64,000 bases of DNA, from NCBI GenBank assembly GCA_963752375.1, contig CAVVYF010000023.1, positions 20,472 through 84,471 on the forward strand, read 5' to 3'. The notes under the pieces were generated by a model. That model saw only the letters and a program-made list of their open reading frames with translations, did not search any database and was not told the origin of the DNA. Shown here in pieces: positions 17,401-29,172 of the stretch. How positions within the stretch are numbered: the first letter of the stretch is position 1; every line of letters begins with the position of its first letter. The translations under genes and the position numbers were made by a program. Source of the stretch: Terriglobia bacterium. GTDB taxonomy: Bacteria; Acidobacteriota; Terriglobia; Terriglobales; Acidobacteriaceae.

Positions 17401-18627
17401 GTGAATACTTCCGAACTCATTTACGACTGGAACCAGATGGATGCCGCGAAGCTGCGGCCGAGGGGAAGAGTCCTGCTCAACGACGAGACCCTGCGCGACG
17501 GGTTGCAGTCACCCTCGGTGCGCGATCCCTCGATGGCCGAGAAAATTCAGATCCTCCATCTGATGGAAGCCCTCGGCATCAACTCGCTCGATATGGGCCT
17601 GCCGGGCGCAGGAGCGCGCGCAGTTGCGGATTGCGAGGCCCTGGCCCACGAGATCGTTCGGCACAAGATGAAGATTCGCGCCAACTGCGCCGCGCGCACC
17701 CACGAAAATGACATCCGGCCGATTGCCGAAATCGTGCAGCGCACCGGGCTGAACATCCAGGCCGCGACCTTCATTGGCTCCAGCCCGATTCGCCGCTACA
17801 CCGAGGGCTGGACCGACGACTTTCTGCTTGAGACCACGGAAAAGGCCGTGAAATACGCCGTGTCGCTCGGCCTCGAATGCATGTACGTGACCGAGGACAC
17901 CAGTCGCTGCGATCCCGCCATGGTCAAGCGCCTGTATTCGACCGCCATCAGCTGTGGGGCGCGGGCCATCGTGATTTGCGATACCGCGGGGCATGCGACT
18001 CCCATGGGCGCATTCGCGCTGGTGCGATTCGTGCTCGAAGAAGTGGTGCAGCCTTCCGGAGAAAAGATTCGCGTGGACTGGCACGGGCACTGCGACCGGG
18101 GCCTCGCTATCGCGAACTCCATGGCGGCGCTGGTGGCGGGCGCGGAATGCGTCCACGCCTGCGCTCTCGGAATCGGAGAACGCGTCGGCAACACCCAGAT
18201 GGACCAGATGCTGGTGAACCTGAAACTCATGGGTATTTCTCCCTGGATCGAGCAGGACCTCACCAAGCTCAAGGAGTATTGCCAGACGGTATCGAAGGCG
18301 ACGGGTGTGCCCATCCCGGCGAACTATCCGGTGGTCGGTGAAGACGCGTTTCGCACCGCGACCGGGGTGCACGCCGCAGCTCTGATCAAGGCCTACAAGA
18401 AGCAAGACGTCGAACTGGCGAATGCCGTGTACTCGGGAGTGCCCTCGCAGATGTTCGGACTGGAGCAGATCATCGACATCGGCCCCATGAGCGGGAAGTC
18501 GAATGTGCTGTTCTGGCTGGAACGCCACGGCGTGCCCGCAAGCGATGAAGTGGTGGAGAGAATCTACGAACGCGCCAAAGCCTCGAACCACACCCTCACC
18601 GAAGCAGAAATCCGGCAGTGCCTCTAA
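17401..18627 (+). CDS. HMGL-like aldolase, 2-isopropylmalate/homocitrate synthase family
   Basis: LLNDETLRDGLQSPSV...ICDTAGHATP...HGHCDRGLAIANSMAAL...; start is GTG 17401 or ATG 17437, the track start at 17311 is unlikely. Confidence 0.8.
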   Translation: MNTSELIYDWNQMDAAKLRPRGRVLLNDETLRDGLQSPSVRDPSMAEKIQILHLMEALGINSLDMGLPGAGARAVADCEALAHEIVRHKMKIRANCAARTHENDIRPIAEIVQRTGLNIQAATFIGSSPIRRYTEGWTDDFLLETTEKAVKYAVSLGLECMYVTEDTSRCDPAMVKRLYSTAISCGARAIVICDTAGHATPMGAFALVRFVLEEVVQPSGEKIRVDWHGHCDRGLAIANSMAALVAGAECVHACALGIGERVGNTQMDQMLVNLKLMGISPWIEQDLTKLKEYCQTVSKATGVPIPANYPVVGEDAFRTATGVHAAALIKAYKKQDVELANAVYSGVPSQMFGLEQIIDIGPMSGKSNVLFWLERHGVPASDEVVERIYERAKASNHTLTEAEIRQCL

Positions 18628-18712
18628 GGGATGGAGCACGGGCGTCCCGCCCGTGCGGATTTACACGCTCAACCATCCCGCATCAGCATCCACCGAAAGC
18701 CTGGAAACTGTC

Positions 18713-18832
18713 GTGGGTCAGTCTGAAACCATGAACCACGAAGGGCACGAAGGTACACGAAGGAAACCCTGAAAAAGAGCCTTCGTGATACTTCGTGTCC
18801 TTCGTGGTTTATGCGCTTGCCGGCGGACCCAC
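18713..18832. repeat. CACGAAGG-type element, long form (opposite orientation to 4580-4716)
   Basis: gtgggtcagtctgaaaccatgaaccacgaagggcacgaaggtacacgaagg...ccttcgtgatacttcgtgtccttcgtggttt...gacccac. Confidence 0.9.
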
Positions 18833-18861
18833 CGCAGCGCGGGCTTTGAAGTATCTCCAAA

Positions 18862-18879
18862 TATGTAGTAATATACATA
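18862..18879. promoter_or_regulatory. candidate operator/promoter of the RES-Xre module
   Basis: TATGTA-gtaata-TACATA inverted repeat in the only strongly AT-rich stretch, 20 nt upstream of the antitoxin ATG at 18899. Confidence 0.3.
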
Positions 18880-18898
18880 CGTTATTGGACATCACAAA

Positions 18899-19333
18899 AT
18901 GAGCACTCCAGACGCGCAGATTGCGGGCATTACCCTCGACCGGCCAGTTGACCTCTCCAGCCGGAAGGTCCAGGAGAAGCTCAGTTCCTCCGCTCTATTG
19001 GCCTTCTTCCGGCTCACCGATTTATGGAACCTGCGCGACCAGGATGCACGCGGCCTGCTGGGCGGAATTTCGAACGGCGCCTATTACAGCCTGAAGCGCC
19101 GTCCGGCCAAAACTCTCGATCAGGACAAGCTCACCCGCATCTCGCTGCTGCTCGGAATTTTCAAGGCGTTGAATATCCTGTACAGCAAGAAGCTGGCTGA
19201 CGCCTGGGTGCAGCTGCCCAACCGCAATCCCATGTTCGGTGGAGAATCACCCCTGCTTTCAATGATCAAGGGTGGCGTGCCCGCGATGATTCGGGTGCGG
19301 CAGTTGGTGGATGCGCGGCGCGGCGGCCGCTAG
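18899..19333 (+). CDS. Xre-like antitoxin with DUF2384 (MbcA/ParS) toxin-binding domain
   Basis: 144 aa; C-terminal LTRISLLLGIFKALNILYS...AWVQLPNRNPMFGGESPLLSMIKGG...VRQLVDA is the DUF2384 pattern; its stop overlaps the toxin start (TAGTG). Confidence 0.8.
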   Translation: MSTPDAQIAGITLDRPVDLSSRKVQEKLSSSALLAFFRLTDLWNLRDQDARGLLGGISNGAYYSLKRRPAKTLDQDKLTRISLLLGIFKALNILYSKKLADAWVQLPNRNPMFGGESPLLSMIKGGVPAMIRVRQLVDARRGGR

Positions 19334-20031
19334 TGGCGCCTCGCATTACGCGACTCCATCGGGACGATACCCATCGCCTGGTCCCGGCGCGCTACAGCGA
19401 AGATGGCGCGAGCGTGCTGGCGCGGCTTACATCCGACCGCCAGCAGCTCCACGATCTCTTCGAGCTCGATGGCGCAACCAATGAGCGGCTGCTGGGAGAA
19501 GCAAATCTCCTGCCCGGTGTCACCGTCCATGAGCTTGTCTTCGGAGTTCCTAACTGGCACATCGTGAATGCCGCCTTCACCCACGCGCGTCCCGAGGGCA
19601 GCCGATTCAATGGTCCGGATCGCGGGGCGTGGTATGCCGCGTTCACCCTGGAAACGGCGGAAGCCGAGGTTGCCTTTCACTTTGCCGAGAGCTTGCGCGA
19701 AGTGAATTGGGAAGAGAGCGAAACCGCTACCTACCGGGAGTATCTGGCCGATTTTCGGGGCGAGTTCCACGACATTCGCAGGAGCCCCGGGTACGCAGCC
19801 TGTCTGGATGCGGCAAGCTATGTTGCGTCACAACGCCTGGCTCGCGAACTCCTGGATCACGGATCGGCGGGATTGATCTACCCCAGCGTTCGCCGTCGCG
19901 GCACATGCCTGGCCTGCTTTCGTCCCGCGCTGGTGGTCAATGTGCGGAAAGGATGGGTGGTCACGCTCGAATTTTCGAACGCGTGGGCCGCGCCGAGAGT
20001 CCACGTCGACAAAGGAAAGAAGAAGACATGA
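19333..20031 (+). CDS. RES-domain toxin (MbcT/ParT-like)
   Basis: 232 aa; HRLVPARYS..., GSRFNG (Arg), ETAEAEV (Glu), LIYPSVRR (Ser) give the R-E-S signature in the right order and spacing. Confidence 0.85.
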   Translation: MAPRITRLHRDDTHRLVPARYSEDGASVLARLTSDRQQLHDLFELDGATNERLLGEANLLPGVTVHELVFGVPNWHIVNAAFTHARPEGSRFNGPDRGAWYAAFTLETAEAEVAFHFAESLREVNWEESETATYREYLADFRGEFHDIRRSPGYAACLDAASYVASQRLARELLDHGSAGLIYPSVRRRGTCLACFRPALVVNVRKGWVVTLEFSNAWAAPRVHVDKGKKKT

Positions 20032-20288
20032 CTGTGGAATCTGCTGGCATGACGATTGGCGTGAAATCTGAGGTCAAAGGCGATGGACAGAGTGTCCGCC
20101 CCACACATTCAGCCCTAATTGGTGAGCGTACCCCAAGGTCAGCTCCGATATCCGATTGCGTTGTAAGATGGGAAACCAGTTGTCGGTCGCAGGTTCTCAG
20201 TTGCCAGTCCTTAATCTTTCAGGTTCTTTCAGGTTCGCGACAAGGCGCGGAGGATCGGCTGAAGACCGACGACTGACGACTGGATACC

Positions 20289-21548
20289 ATGCCTGGCTCG
20301 CGAACCGAAGTCTCGGAGCAGTTTCCTGGAGTGCAACAGGAAGTGGCACATCTTTGTTCGCTGCCGGAAATTCGCTCGGCGTTTACCTGGCTTCGCGCCC
20401 AGGAGCCGCAATTCGCGCACTGGCAGCTGGAGCTGGCGCGCATTCCTGCGCCTCCGTTTGGTGAAAGCGCCCGGGCGCGGTGGCTCTCCGACAAGTTTTG
20501 CGAGCTCGGACTGGAATCGGTTTACACCGACGAAGTGGGCAACGTTTTCGGCACCCATGCCGGTTACGGCCACGGCCACGTCTCGCTCAGCGCCCATTTG
20601 GACACGGTATTTCCCGCGGGCACGCCCCTGAACATCCGGCAACAGGGCAGCCGCCTTTACGGTCCGGGGGTTTCGGACAACGGGGCTGGCGTGACCGCGA
20701 TGCTGGCCATCGTGGCGGCGTTGCGCGCGTTGAACATCCGGCACGCTTTGCCTGTTCTGTTTATCGGCAATGTGGGGGAAGAAGGCGAGGGCGACTTGCG
20801 GGGCATGCGCCACATTTTCTCCCAGCCGCGCTGGAAGGATGAGATCCACTACAGCCTGGTGCTGGATGGCGCGGGCGCGGACACCATCGTGGCCGAAGCC
20901 CTGGGCAGTCGCCGCTTCGAAGTGATCGTGCGCGGTCCCGGCGGACATTCCTGGAGCGACTTCGGCGCGCCCAATCCCATCGTGGCGCTGTCGCGCGCGG
21001 TGCAATCGTTTGCTCAAACGCCGGTGCCGGCATCTCCCAAGACGACGTTCAACGTGGGCGTGATCCGCGGCGGGACTTCGGTGAATTCAATTCCCGAGTC
21101 GGCCAGCATGCGAGTGGACATCCGCTCCACGTCGATGGCCGAAATGGAACGTCTGGAGCGTGCCCTGCGGCAGGCGCTCGATCAGGCAGTCGAAGAGGAA
21201 ACGCGGGCCACCGAGACGCGGACGGCATCGCGGCGGCGGCCCTTCGGGCTGAGTTGTGAAGTGGTGGTGATCGGCAATCGTCCCGCGGGCGAACTGTATC
21301 CCAATGCCCGCATTCTGCAGGTCGTTCGGGCGGTGGACGCGCAGCTGGGCAACGCGGCACAGGTGCAACGCGCTTCCACCGACGCCAACATTCCGCTGTC
21401 CCTGGGACTGGAAGCGATTGCCATCGGCGGCGGCGGTACCGGAGGCGGGGCGCACACTTTGCAGGAATGGTTTGACTGCAACGGTCGCGAGCTTGGCCTC
21501 AAACGCATTCTGCTGACTCTGCTGGGGCTGGCGGGCGTTGCCCTGTGA
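20289..21548 (+). CDS. M20-family metallopeptidase
   Basis: SAHLDTVFP...GPGVSDNGAGV...NVGEEGEGDLRG...; typical M20/M25/M40 layout with a dimerisation insert. Confidence 0.85.
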   Translation: MPGSRTEVSEQFPGVQQEVAHLCSLPEIRSAFTWLRAQEPQFAHWQLELARIPAPPFGESARARWLSDKFCELGLESVYTDEVGNVFGTHAGYGHGHVSLSAHLDTVFPAGTPLNIRQQGSRLYGPGVSDNGAGVTAMLAIVAALRALNIRHALPVLFIGNVGEEGEGDLRGMRHIFSQPRWKDEIHYSLVLDGAGADTIVAEALGSRRFEVIVRGPGGHSWSDFGAPNPIVALSRAVQSFAQTPVPASPKTTFNVGVIRGGTSVNSIPESASMRVDIRSTSMAEMERLERALRQALDQAVEEETRATETRTASRRRPFGLSCEVVVIGNRPAGELYPNARILQVVRAVDAQLGNAAQVQRASTDANIPLSLGLEAIAIGGGGTGGGAHTLQEWFDCNGRELGLKRILLTLLGLAGVAL

Positions 21549-21581
21549 GAGCGTCATGCCCGCCGACCTGAGACGGGATAC

Positions 21582-21800
21582 ACGTAGGGGCGGGTGCCCT
21601 CACCCGCCCAGCGGAGCAAAGCTCCGCCGGTTTTTTGGTTAGGTTCCGAAAACCCAGGCGAGCGCGCTCGCCCGCCCGGATGAGGGCGTCCGGGCCTACG
21701 TACATCTCGGCGGAGCGAAGTTTCGGCCGTCTCTAGGTTAGATTTTGCAAATTCCCAGGCGAGCTGCGCTCGCCTGCACGGGCGGGGCGCCCGCGCCCAC
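21582..21800. repeat. mosaic of double-hairpin units (cccgga..tccggg plus ggcgagc..gctcgcc)
   Basis: Two tandem related units; the same family occurs in inverse orientation at 41591-41715 and at 63344-63440, with a variant at 45425-45475. Confidence 0.85.
21611..21636 (+). terminator. intrinsic terminator after the M20 peptidase gene
   Basis: gcggagc-aaa-gctccgc followed by cggTTTTTT. Confidence 0.6.
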
Positions 21801-21909
21801 ATGGCGTTTGCCCACAACACTTTTCCCCTCATCAGCGTCTAACTCCCTGTGACTGTCATCGGCGGGAAGGTATAATCGATCCGGCACACAATCTTCGGAG
21901 GAAGTCATT

Positions 21910-23490
21910 ATGAATCAGCGCGCAAGCGCTCTTTGGGTACGTTTGAAGGCGAATCGCCTCGCGTACAGCATTTCGATCCTGATTACGTTGACCGTCGGTA
22001 TCCTGATCGGAACCGTGATCTCCTCCGGAGTGAGGGGCCAGGACAAGAAATCGTCCTCCTCCGATGCGGCGATGCTCACTGTGCCCTCGCCCCAGACGCT
22101 TTCCAACCAGTTTTCGCAGATTTCGAAGCAGCTCGAGCCCAGCGTGGTCAATATCAACACCGAATCCACCATCAAGACCCCCCGCCGGCGCCGCGGCGTT
22201 CCCAATGGCGATGACGATGCCAATCCCTTCGACGACTTCTTTGACCGCTTTTTCGGCGGCCAAGGCGGACAAGGTGGATCGGGTGGCGGCGCCATCCGCG
22301 AGCGTTCCCTCGGATCAGGCGTGATCGTTGACCCCAAGGGGTATATCGTCACCAACCGGCACGTGGTGGAGAAGGCCGACCGGATTCGGGTGCGCCTGCA
22401 GGACGATCCGCCGGGCGTGCTGCACGAAGCCAAAGTGATCGGATCGGACCAGGAAACTGACCTGGCCGTCATCAAGATTGAAAGTGACAAGCCGCTCCCC
22501 GTCGCCAAGTTGGGCAACTCCGACAGCATGCAGGTGGGAGATTGGGTGCTGGCTGTGGGCAGCCCGTTTGGATTGCAGGAAACCGTCACTGCCGGAATCG
22601 TCTCCGCCAAAGGGCGCAATATCGTGCCCCAACGCCAGTTTCAGTCGTTTATCCAGACCGACGCCGCCATCAATCCGGGCAATTCCGGAGGCCCGCTGGT
22701 GAACATGGCAGGCGAAGTGATCGGCATCAACACCGCAATTCTTACCGATACCAACGCCTACGCCGGGGTAGGTTTTGCCCTGCCCTCGAATACCGTGGCG
22801 CAGGTTTATAACCAGTTGATCGGGCCGGACCACCGGGTGTCGCGCGGTTCGATCGGAATCATGTTTAACGCGCTCGACAATCCCGCCATCGCGAGGGTGT
22901 ACGGGACCGGTTCGGGCGTGACCATTTCCGATGTCACCCCGGGCAGCCCGGCGGAGCAGGCCGGATTGAAGGTGGGCGACACCATTGTCGCCGTGGACAG
23001 CAAGGCGGTGAAGAATGGCGACGAACTGGTTGCCGATATCGCCGCCCGCAAGCCGGGCTCGAAAATCACGGTTGGGTTCATCCGCAACGGCAAGAAGCAG
23101 GAAGCCACGGCCACCGTGGCCGACCGGGCCAAACTCTTCGCCGCCCGCCTGGGTGATGAGGAGGAAGGCGGCCCCGAGGCTGGACCGAAAGAGAGCAAAC
23201 TGGGGGTCACGGTGCAGACCTTGACCCAGGAAATGGCGGACCGCCTCGACGTCCCCGCAGGCAAGGGCGTGATTGCCAAGGATGTGAAGGCGGGATCGTT
23301 TGCCGAGGATGTAGGCTTGAGCCGGGGCGATATCATCCTCGAGGTCAACCGGCAGGCGGTGGACAACGAGGAGCAGTTTAACCGCGTTGTCGCCACCCTG
23401 AAGAGCGGGCAGGATGTCGTTTTCCTGGTACGCCAACGGGGGGCCGGACGCCAGGGCGGAACCATCTTCCTGGCCGGTACACTTCCGTAA
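21910..23490 (+). CDS. htrA: Do/HtrA-family serine endoprotease with two PDZ domains
   Basis: [19 protein letters not shown] (His), DLAVIKI (Asp), [16 protein letters not shown] (Ser), then two PDZ-like segments. Confidence 0.92.
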   Translation: MNQRASALWVRLKANRLAYSISILITLTVGILIGTVISSGVRGQDKKSSSSDAAMLTVPSPQTLSNQFSQISKQLEPSVVNINTESTIKTPRRRRGVPNGDDDANPFDDFFDRFFGGQGGQGGSGGGAIRERSLGSGVIVDPKGYIVTNRHVVEKADRIRVRLQDDPPGVLHEAKVIGSDQETDLAVIKIESDKPLPVAKLGNSDSMQVGDWVLAVGSPFGLQETVTAGIVSAKGRNIVPQRQFQSFIQTDAAINPGNSGGPLVNMAGEVIGINTAILTDTNAYAGVGFALPSNTVAQVYNQLIGPDHRVSRGSIGIMFNALDNPAIARVYGTGSGVTISDVTPGSPAEQAGLKVGDTIVAVDSKAVKNGDELVADIAARKPGSKITVGFIRNGKKQEATATVADRAKLFAARLGDEEEGGPEAGPKESKLGVTVQTLTQEMADRLDVPAGKGVIAKDVKAGSFAEDVGLSRGDIILEVNRQAVDNEEQFNRVVATLKSGQDVVFLVRQRGAGRQGGTIFLAGTLP

Positions 23491-23599
23491 CTCGAAGCTG
23501 GCACAAAAGGGGCTGGTACTGAAGGCGGGGATGGTTTACCCTGCCTGCTCGCTTGGGAATTGCGGGTAACCGGGCGGTAGGTTACTTCCGACCACGATT

Positions 23600-24112
23600 G
23601 TGAAACTTGGCGGCTCCATTTCGACCCTGTGCTTGAGCGCAGCTTGCGCTGCGCTCCTGGTCTGCAGCACGCTTGCGGCGCAGACCCACAGCAGTTCGTC
23701 AGCGGGGAAAAAGTCCAGGGCGAAATTGCACTCTGTGTCCGCTCATGCCAGCACCCACAAGTACAAGAAAGGGCGCAAGAGCGCAAAGTCGCGCAAACGC
23801 GGACAGCAAAAGATCGACAGTGCTCGCGCCCGTGAAATCCAGGAAGCGTTGATCCGAGAGCACTATCTCGAAGGCTCTGCCTCCGGAACCTGGGACGCCA
23901 GGTCGCAGAGCGCCATGCAACGCTATCAGGCCGACAATGGCTGGCAAAGCAAGTCCGTGCCCGATTCCCGGGCGTTGATCAAACTGGGACTAGGCCCCAA
24001 CCACGATCACCTGTTGAATCCGGAAAGCGCAATGACATCGCTGCCCGAGTCATTGCACGCTGAACCGATGCTGGAGCAGACCTCCACCATGACTCCCCAA
24101 CCGCAGAAGTAG
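23600..24112 (+). CDS. secreted protein with peptidoglycan-binding-like domain
   Basis: GTG start and signal peptide; Lys-rich linker; IQEALIREHYLEGSASGTWDARSQSAMQRYQADNGW resembles PG_binding_1. Confidence 0.6.
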   Translation: MKLGGSISTLCLSAACAALLVCSTLAAQTHSSSSAGKKSRAKLHSVSAHASTHKYKKGRKSAKSRKRGQQKIDSARAREIQEALIREHYLEGSASGTWDARSQSAMQRYQADNGWQSKSVPDSRALIKLGLGPNHDHLLNPESAMTSLPESLHAEPMLEQTSTMTPQPQK

Positions 24113-24163
24113 GCTTCAGACCTCAGACTTCAGACCTGAGCCCACGTGGGGACAGCCGCCTTC

Positions 24164-24916
24164 TTACCGGCTACTCTTCTTCATCTTCATCGCCGGATTG
24201 GGAAAATAGGGCAGAGGTTTGTCGCTGATAATGGCGCGGGGATTCCCGTCCACCAGGGCCTGGGCGACGTCCTGGCCGCAAAGTTTCGCGACCTTGTCTC
24301 TCGCGGCGGAGAGCGATGGAGGACGGTGCCTGGTGTCGTGGGCGTCGGTAGCCAGCACGTGCACGGCGTCTCGTTCGAGCAGCCACTCGGCGGCCCGCAT
24401 TACTTTCTGTCCCCAGCCTCCGGTCACTGCCGAAGCCGTGACCTGCACCACGCAGCCCTGGTCCACCCATTCCAGCACCCGCAGCGGGGTCTCCTGCAGA
24501 ATCGGGTTACGCTCGGGATGAGTGAGCACGGGCGTGACCCCAATATCGGCCATGCGAGTGAAGCACTCGTTCATTTGCACAGGAATGCTGTAGTTGCTCA
24601 ACTCCACGAGCAGGTAGTGGCTGCCTTCAATGGTGTAGAGCTCCGGCGAAATCATGACGTCCCGCAGGTTGTCATAAGAAAGATGGAAGTCGCAGCCCAG
24701 GCTGAGGCGCGGGGTCTTGCCCACCAGCACCTGGAGATACTCCAGATTCTTGGCGAGATTCTGCCGGTTGTACTGAAAGCGTTCGTTGGCATGCGGGGTG
24801 GCCACGATGTGTTCGATGCCGTCGTCCGCGGCCATACGACACATTTCCAGCGACGTGTCCCAGGATTTCGGGCCATCGTCAACTTTAGGCAGGATGTGGC
24901 AATGAATGTCGATCAC
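24164..24916 (-). CDS. PHP-family protein-tyrosine phosphatase (CpsB/YwqE-like)
   Basis: MIDIHCHILPKVDDGPKSWDTSLEM...IVATPHAN...LTHPERN...LATDAHD; canonical CpsB metal-binding motifs. Confidence 0.85.
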   Translation of the reverse strand: MIDIHCHILPKVDDGPKSWDTSLEMCRMAADDGIEHIVATPHANERFQYNRQNLAKNLEYLQVLVGKTPRLSLGCDFHLSYDNLRDVMISPELYTIEGSHYLLVELSNYSIPVQMNECFTRMADIGVTPVLTHPERNPILQETPLRVLEWVDQGCVVQVTASAVTGGWGQKVMRAAEWLLERDAVHVLATDAHDTRHRPPSLSAARDKVAKLCGQDVAQALVDGNPRAIISDKPLPYFPNPAMKMKKSSR

Positions 24917-25090
24917 GTGGACTGCCGAGGGGGAACAGCGGCTAGTTAATTTAAGCAGATTTTCATCGAAAGGCCAAGCCGGGCGCGACGCTTTTATGAT
25001 GTGGGCGCGAGCGTCCCGCTCGTGCAGAAGCCTCCGCCCGGGGTAACCTCCGCACCCGGTTACCCCGATGCCGAAAGCACAACAATGCTC

Positions 25091-26101
25091 CTATTTGCCC
25101 ATTGTGAGCACGACGCGGAAGCGGGCCCGTCCACTGATCATCTGATCGTAGGCCTCCGCCACTTTTTCCAGCGGATAGCGTTCTATCATGGGTCGAACTC
25201 CCGACAGAGAGCTGAAGCGCAGCGTGTCCTCGGAATCGATGGACGAACCGGAGGGCCATCCCCGAACCGTTCGCCGGGCAAAGATGAGTTGCAGTGGGGT
25301 GATGCTGAGGGGGTCGAGGCCGGCGCCGACAATGACCAGCTTTCCGTCCGGGCTCAGTCCATCCACCAGGGCCGAGATCGCCTTCGAATCCGGCGCCGTG
25401 GCCAGAATCACGCGCGCCCCGCCCAGGGCTTGCAGGGCAGCCGCCGGGGCGCCGGCAGCGCTGTCGATGTAATGGTGAGCGCCCAGTTTACTGACCAGGC
25501 CTTCTTTGTCTGCGCCCCGGCCAATCGCAGCGGTGCGGAAACCCATCTGGCGCGCGAACTGAATTCCCAGATGCCCCAGGCCGCCGATGCCCTGCACCGC
25601 TACCATGTCTCCGGCGCGCGCACCCGCGTTGCGCAGCGAGTTGTACACGGTGATGCCGGCGCAGAGCAGCGGTGCGGCTTCGTCCGCGGGTAAATCATCG
25701 GGCATGGCCGCGACTGCCTCGGCCGGGACCACTACGTACTCGGCGTAGCCGCCATCGTAACTGACGCCCGTAATCTTCTCGACCTGGCAGAGAATGAAAT
25801 TACCGCGACGGCAGGGGTCGCAGACAAAGCAGTGTCCGCCATGCCAGCCCACGCCTACGCGCTGGCCGGGTTTCCACTGCGTGACGTCGGCGCCGACGGC
25901 GTCGATGCGTCCCGCAATCTCGTGGCCCGGAACTCTCGGGTATTGCAATCCGGGAAAGCCGGACTGTTTCACGATGGCGTCACTATGACAGACGCCGCAG
26001 GCCTCCACCTTGATCCGGACCTGCGCCCGCCCAGGCTCCGGAATTGGACGTTCCACGATTTCGAAATTTCCACCAGGTTTGCTGACTTGCGCGACTTTCA
26101 T
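25091..26101 (-). CDS. zinc-dependent alcohol dehydrogenase
   Basis: Start ATG 26101 with a GAGGAG RBS; MKVAQVSKPGGNFEIVERPIPEPG...EACGVCHSD...GHEIAGRI...VQGIGGLGHLG. Confidence 0.9.
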   Translation of the reverse strand: MKVAQVSKPGGNFEIVERPIPEPGRAQVRIKVEACGVCHSDAIVKQSGFPGLQYPRVPGHEIAGRIDAVGADVTQWKPGQRVGVGWHGGHCFVCDPCRRGNFILCQVEKITGVSYDGGYAEYVVVPAEAVAAMPDDLPADEAAPLLCAGITVYNSLRNAGARAGDMVAVQGIGGLGHLGIQFARQMGFRTAAIGRGADKEGLVSKLGAHHYIDSAAGAPAAALQALGGARVILATAPDSKAISALVDGLSPDGKLVIVGAGLDPLSITPLQLIFARRTVRGWPSGSSIDSEDTLRFSSLSGVRPMIERYPLEKVAEAYDQMISGRARFRVVLTMGK

Positions 26102-26275
26102 GATTCTCCTCAAACTCACAGATGACAACCGCAACAGTACAGATGCAGAAAGTGGCACTATGAGGATGCCCCGTCCTCGTGTCTCCTTTTTTTGGAGAGA
26201 CAGGGCGGGGACTTCACCAACAAGAACCGGCTCGCACGCCTTTGCACGAGCGCGAGGCTCGCGCCCACACTTGGT

Positions 26276-27493
26276 TTACTTGTATCTTTGGGCGATGAAA
26301 TCCGCGATTGACTGGTAGGCCCGGGTCAACGTGGGTTCATCGGGCAAGAACACGATACGGAAGTGCCGGGTGCCGGCCTTCTGGCCAAAGCCGGAGCCGT
26401 GCACCACGAGCACGTGTTTTGCCCGGCACAGTTCCTTCACGAAGACGTCGTCACCTTCCTTGATTTCGATGCGGGGAAAGGCGTAGAACGCGCCCCGGGG
26501 AGATACACAACTCACGCGCGGCGTTGAATTGCACCATTGGACGGTGAGGTCGCGGCGGGCGCGAAGCTTGTTGCGTACTTCCACCAGGTGGTCCTGAGGC
26601 CCGTCCAGCGCGGGCTTAATGGCGTACTGCTCGGGATGATTGGCGCACAGGCGCGCCCGCAACAGGCGATGAATGCCTTCCACGTAGGGCTTCACCGCGG
26701 CCGCGTCCCCACTGACTATCCCCCAGCCGATGCGCCAGCCTGGCGCCAGGTAATTTTTCGACAGTCCACCAAAAGTCACGACCGGCACATCGGGGGCGAC
26801 CGCGGCGATCGAGATGGGATCTGTCTTCTCGCCGGGGTCGAGAATGAGCTTGTCATAAATCTCGTCGGCGAAAATGACCAGATTGTTGCGCCGCGCCAGT
26901 TCCGCCAGCTGTTCCAGCATGCGGCGGGAACAGATTGCGCCCGTGGGATTATTGGGATTGATCAGAACAATGGCGCGGGTCTTCGAATTGATCTTGCGCT
27001 GCAGGTCGATCAGGTCAGGCTGCCAGGCGTCGTCTTCGTTCAGATCGTAGGGAGTGACCGCAATGCCGAGTTTGCAGAGCACCGCGGAGTAGAGCGGATA
27101 GTCCGGGCTGGGGGTCAGAACATGTTCGCCGGGATTGACCAGGGCAGTCAGACATACATCGACGGCCTCGCTCGCGCCTGAAGTTACGAACGCATCCTGC
27201 ACCGTGGAAATACCCTTGCGCGCCGCATCGCCGCGAATGGCTTCGAGCGCTTCCGGAATGCCGGGAGAGGGCGCGTATCCGTTCCTGTTCTCCCGCATCG
27301 CTTTGTACACGGCCTCGATCAGGTGAGGCGGAGTTACGAAATCAAAAATGTTGGGGTCGCCGACGTTGAGGGCCAGGACCTTGTGCCCCTGGCGGGTGAC
27401 CTCGTCGGCTACGGACGCCAGATCGCGTATGGCGTAGCGGACGTTGTCGAGGCGCTGGGCGGCGGCGATTTCACGAGTTTGGGCGCTGGGCAT
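26276..27493 (-). CDS. class I/II PLP-dependent aminotransferase (alanine aminotransferase-like)
   Basis: Start ATG 27493; ...LALNVGDPNIFDF...NPNNPTG...GLSKNYLAPGWRIGW (PLP Lys). Confidence 0.9.
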   Translation of the reverse strand: MPSAQTREIAAAQRLDNVRYAIRDLASVADEVTRQGHKVLALNVGDPNIFDFVTPPHLIEAVYKAMRENRNGYAPSPGIPEALEAIRGDAARKGISTVQDAFVTSGASEAVDVCLTALVNPGEHVLTPSPDYPLYSAVLCKLGIAVTPYDLNEDDAWQPDLIDLQRKINSKTRAIVLINPNNPTGAICSRRMLEQLAELARRNNLVIFADEIYDKLILDPGEKTDPISIAAVAPDVPVVTFGGLSKNYLAPGWRIGWGIVSGDAAAVKPYVEGIHRLLRARLCANHPEQYAIKPALDGPQDHLVEVRNKLRARRDLTVQWCNSTPRVSCVSPRGAFYAFPRIEIKEGDDVFVKELCRAKHVLVVHGSGFGQKAGTRHFRIVFLPDEPTLTRAYQSIADFIAQRYK

Positions 27494-27633
27494 GTTGTTC
27501 CGTCTAAAAGCAAAGCTTTTAACCGCAAAGGTCGCAAAGAACTGCCGCAAAGTTCGCGAAGGGGATCCCGTTACTTCAAACTAGTAGCCAACGACCAATG
27601 ACCGACGACTGAAGACCGACGACCGACGACTGC

Positions 27634-29172
<1,539 letters not shown>

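Noticed and set aside
18503-18772. Short ORFs translating repeats (for example ...MNHEGHEGTRRKP; also 1784-2323, 16233-16418, 60349-60567, 11425-11673)
   Set aside because: Their only conserved parts are the repeat units read in an arbitrary frame. The same peptides appear on both strands wherever the repeats occur.
20028-20276. ORF starting at the RES stop (ATGA overlap) as a possible third TA component
   Set aside because: It reads straight through a decayed MITE half-copy and low-complexity repeats (ccagttgtcggtcg, ctgacgactgg), so it is not credible as coding.
22315-23436. 373-aa minus-strand ORF (plus 21915-22619 and 22806-23786)
   Set aside because: All lie antisense to the HtrA gene, whose catalytic triad and PDZ domains are unambiguous.
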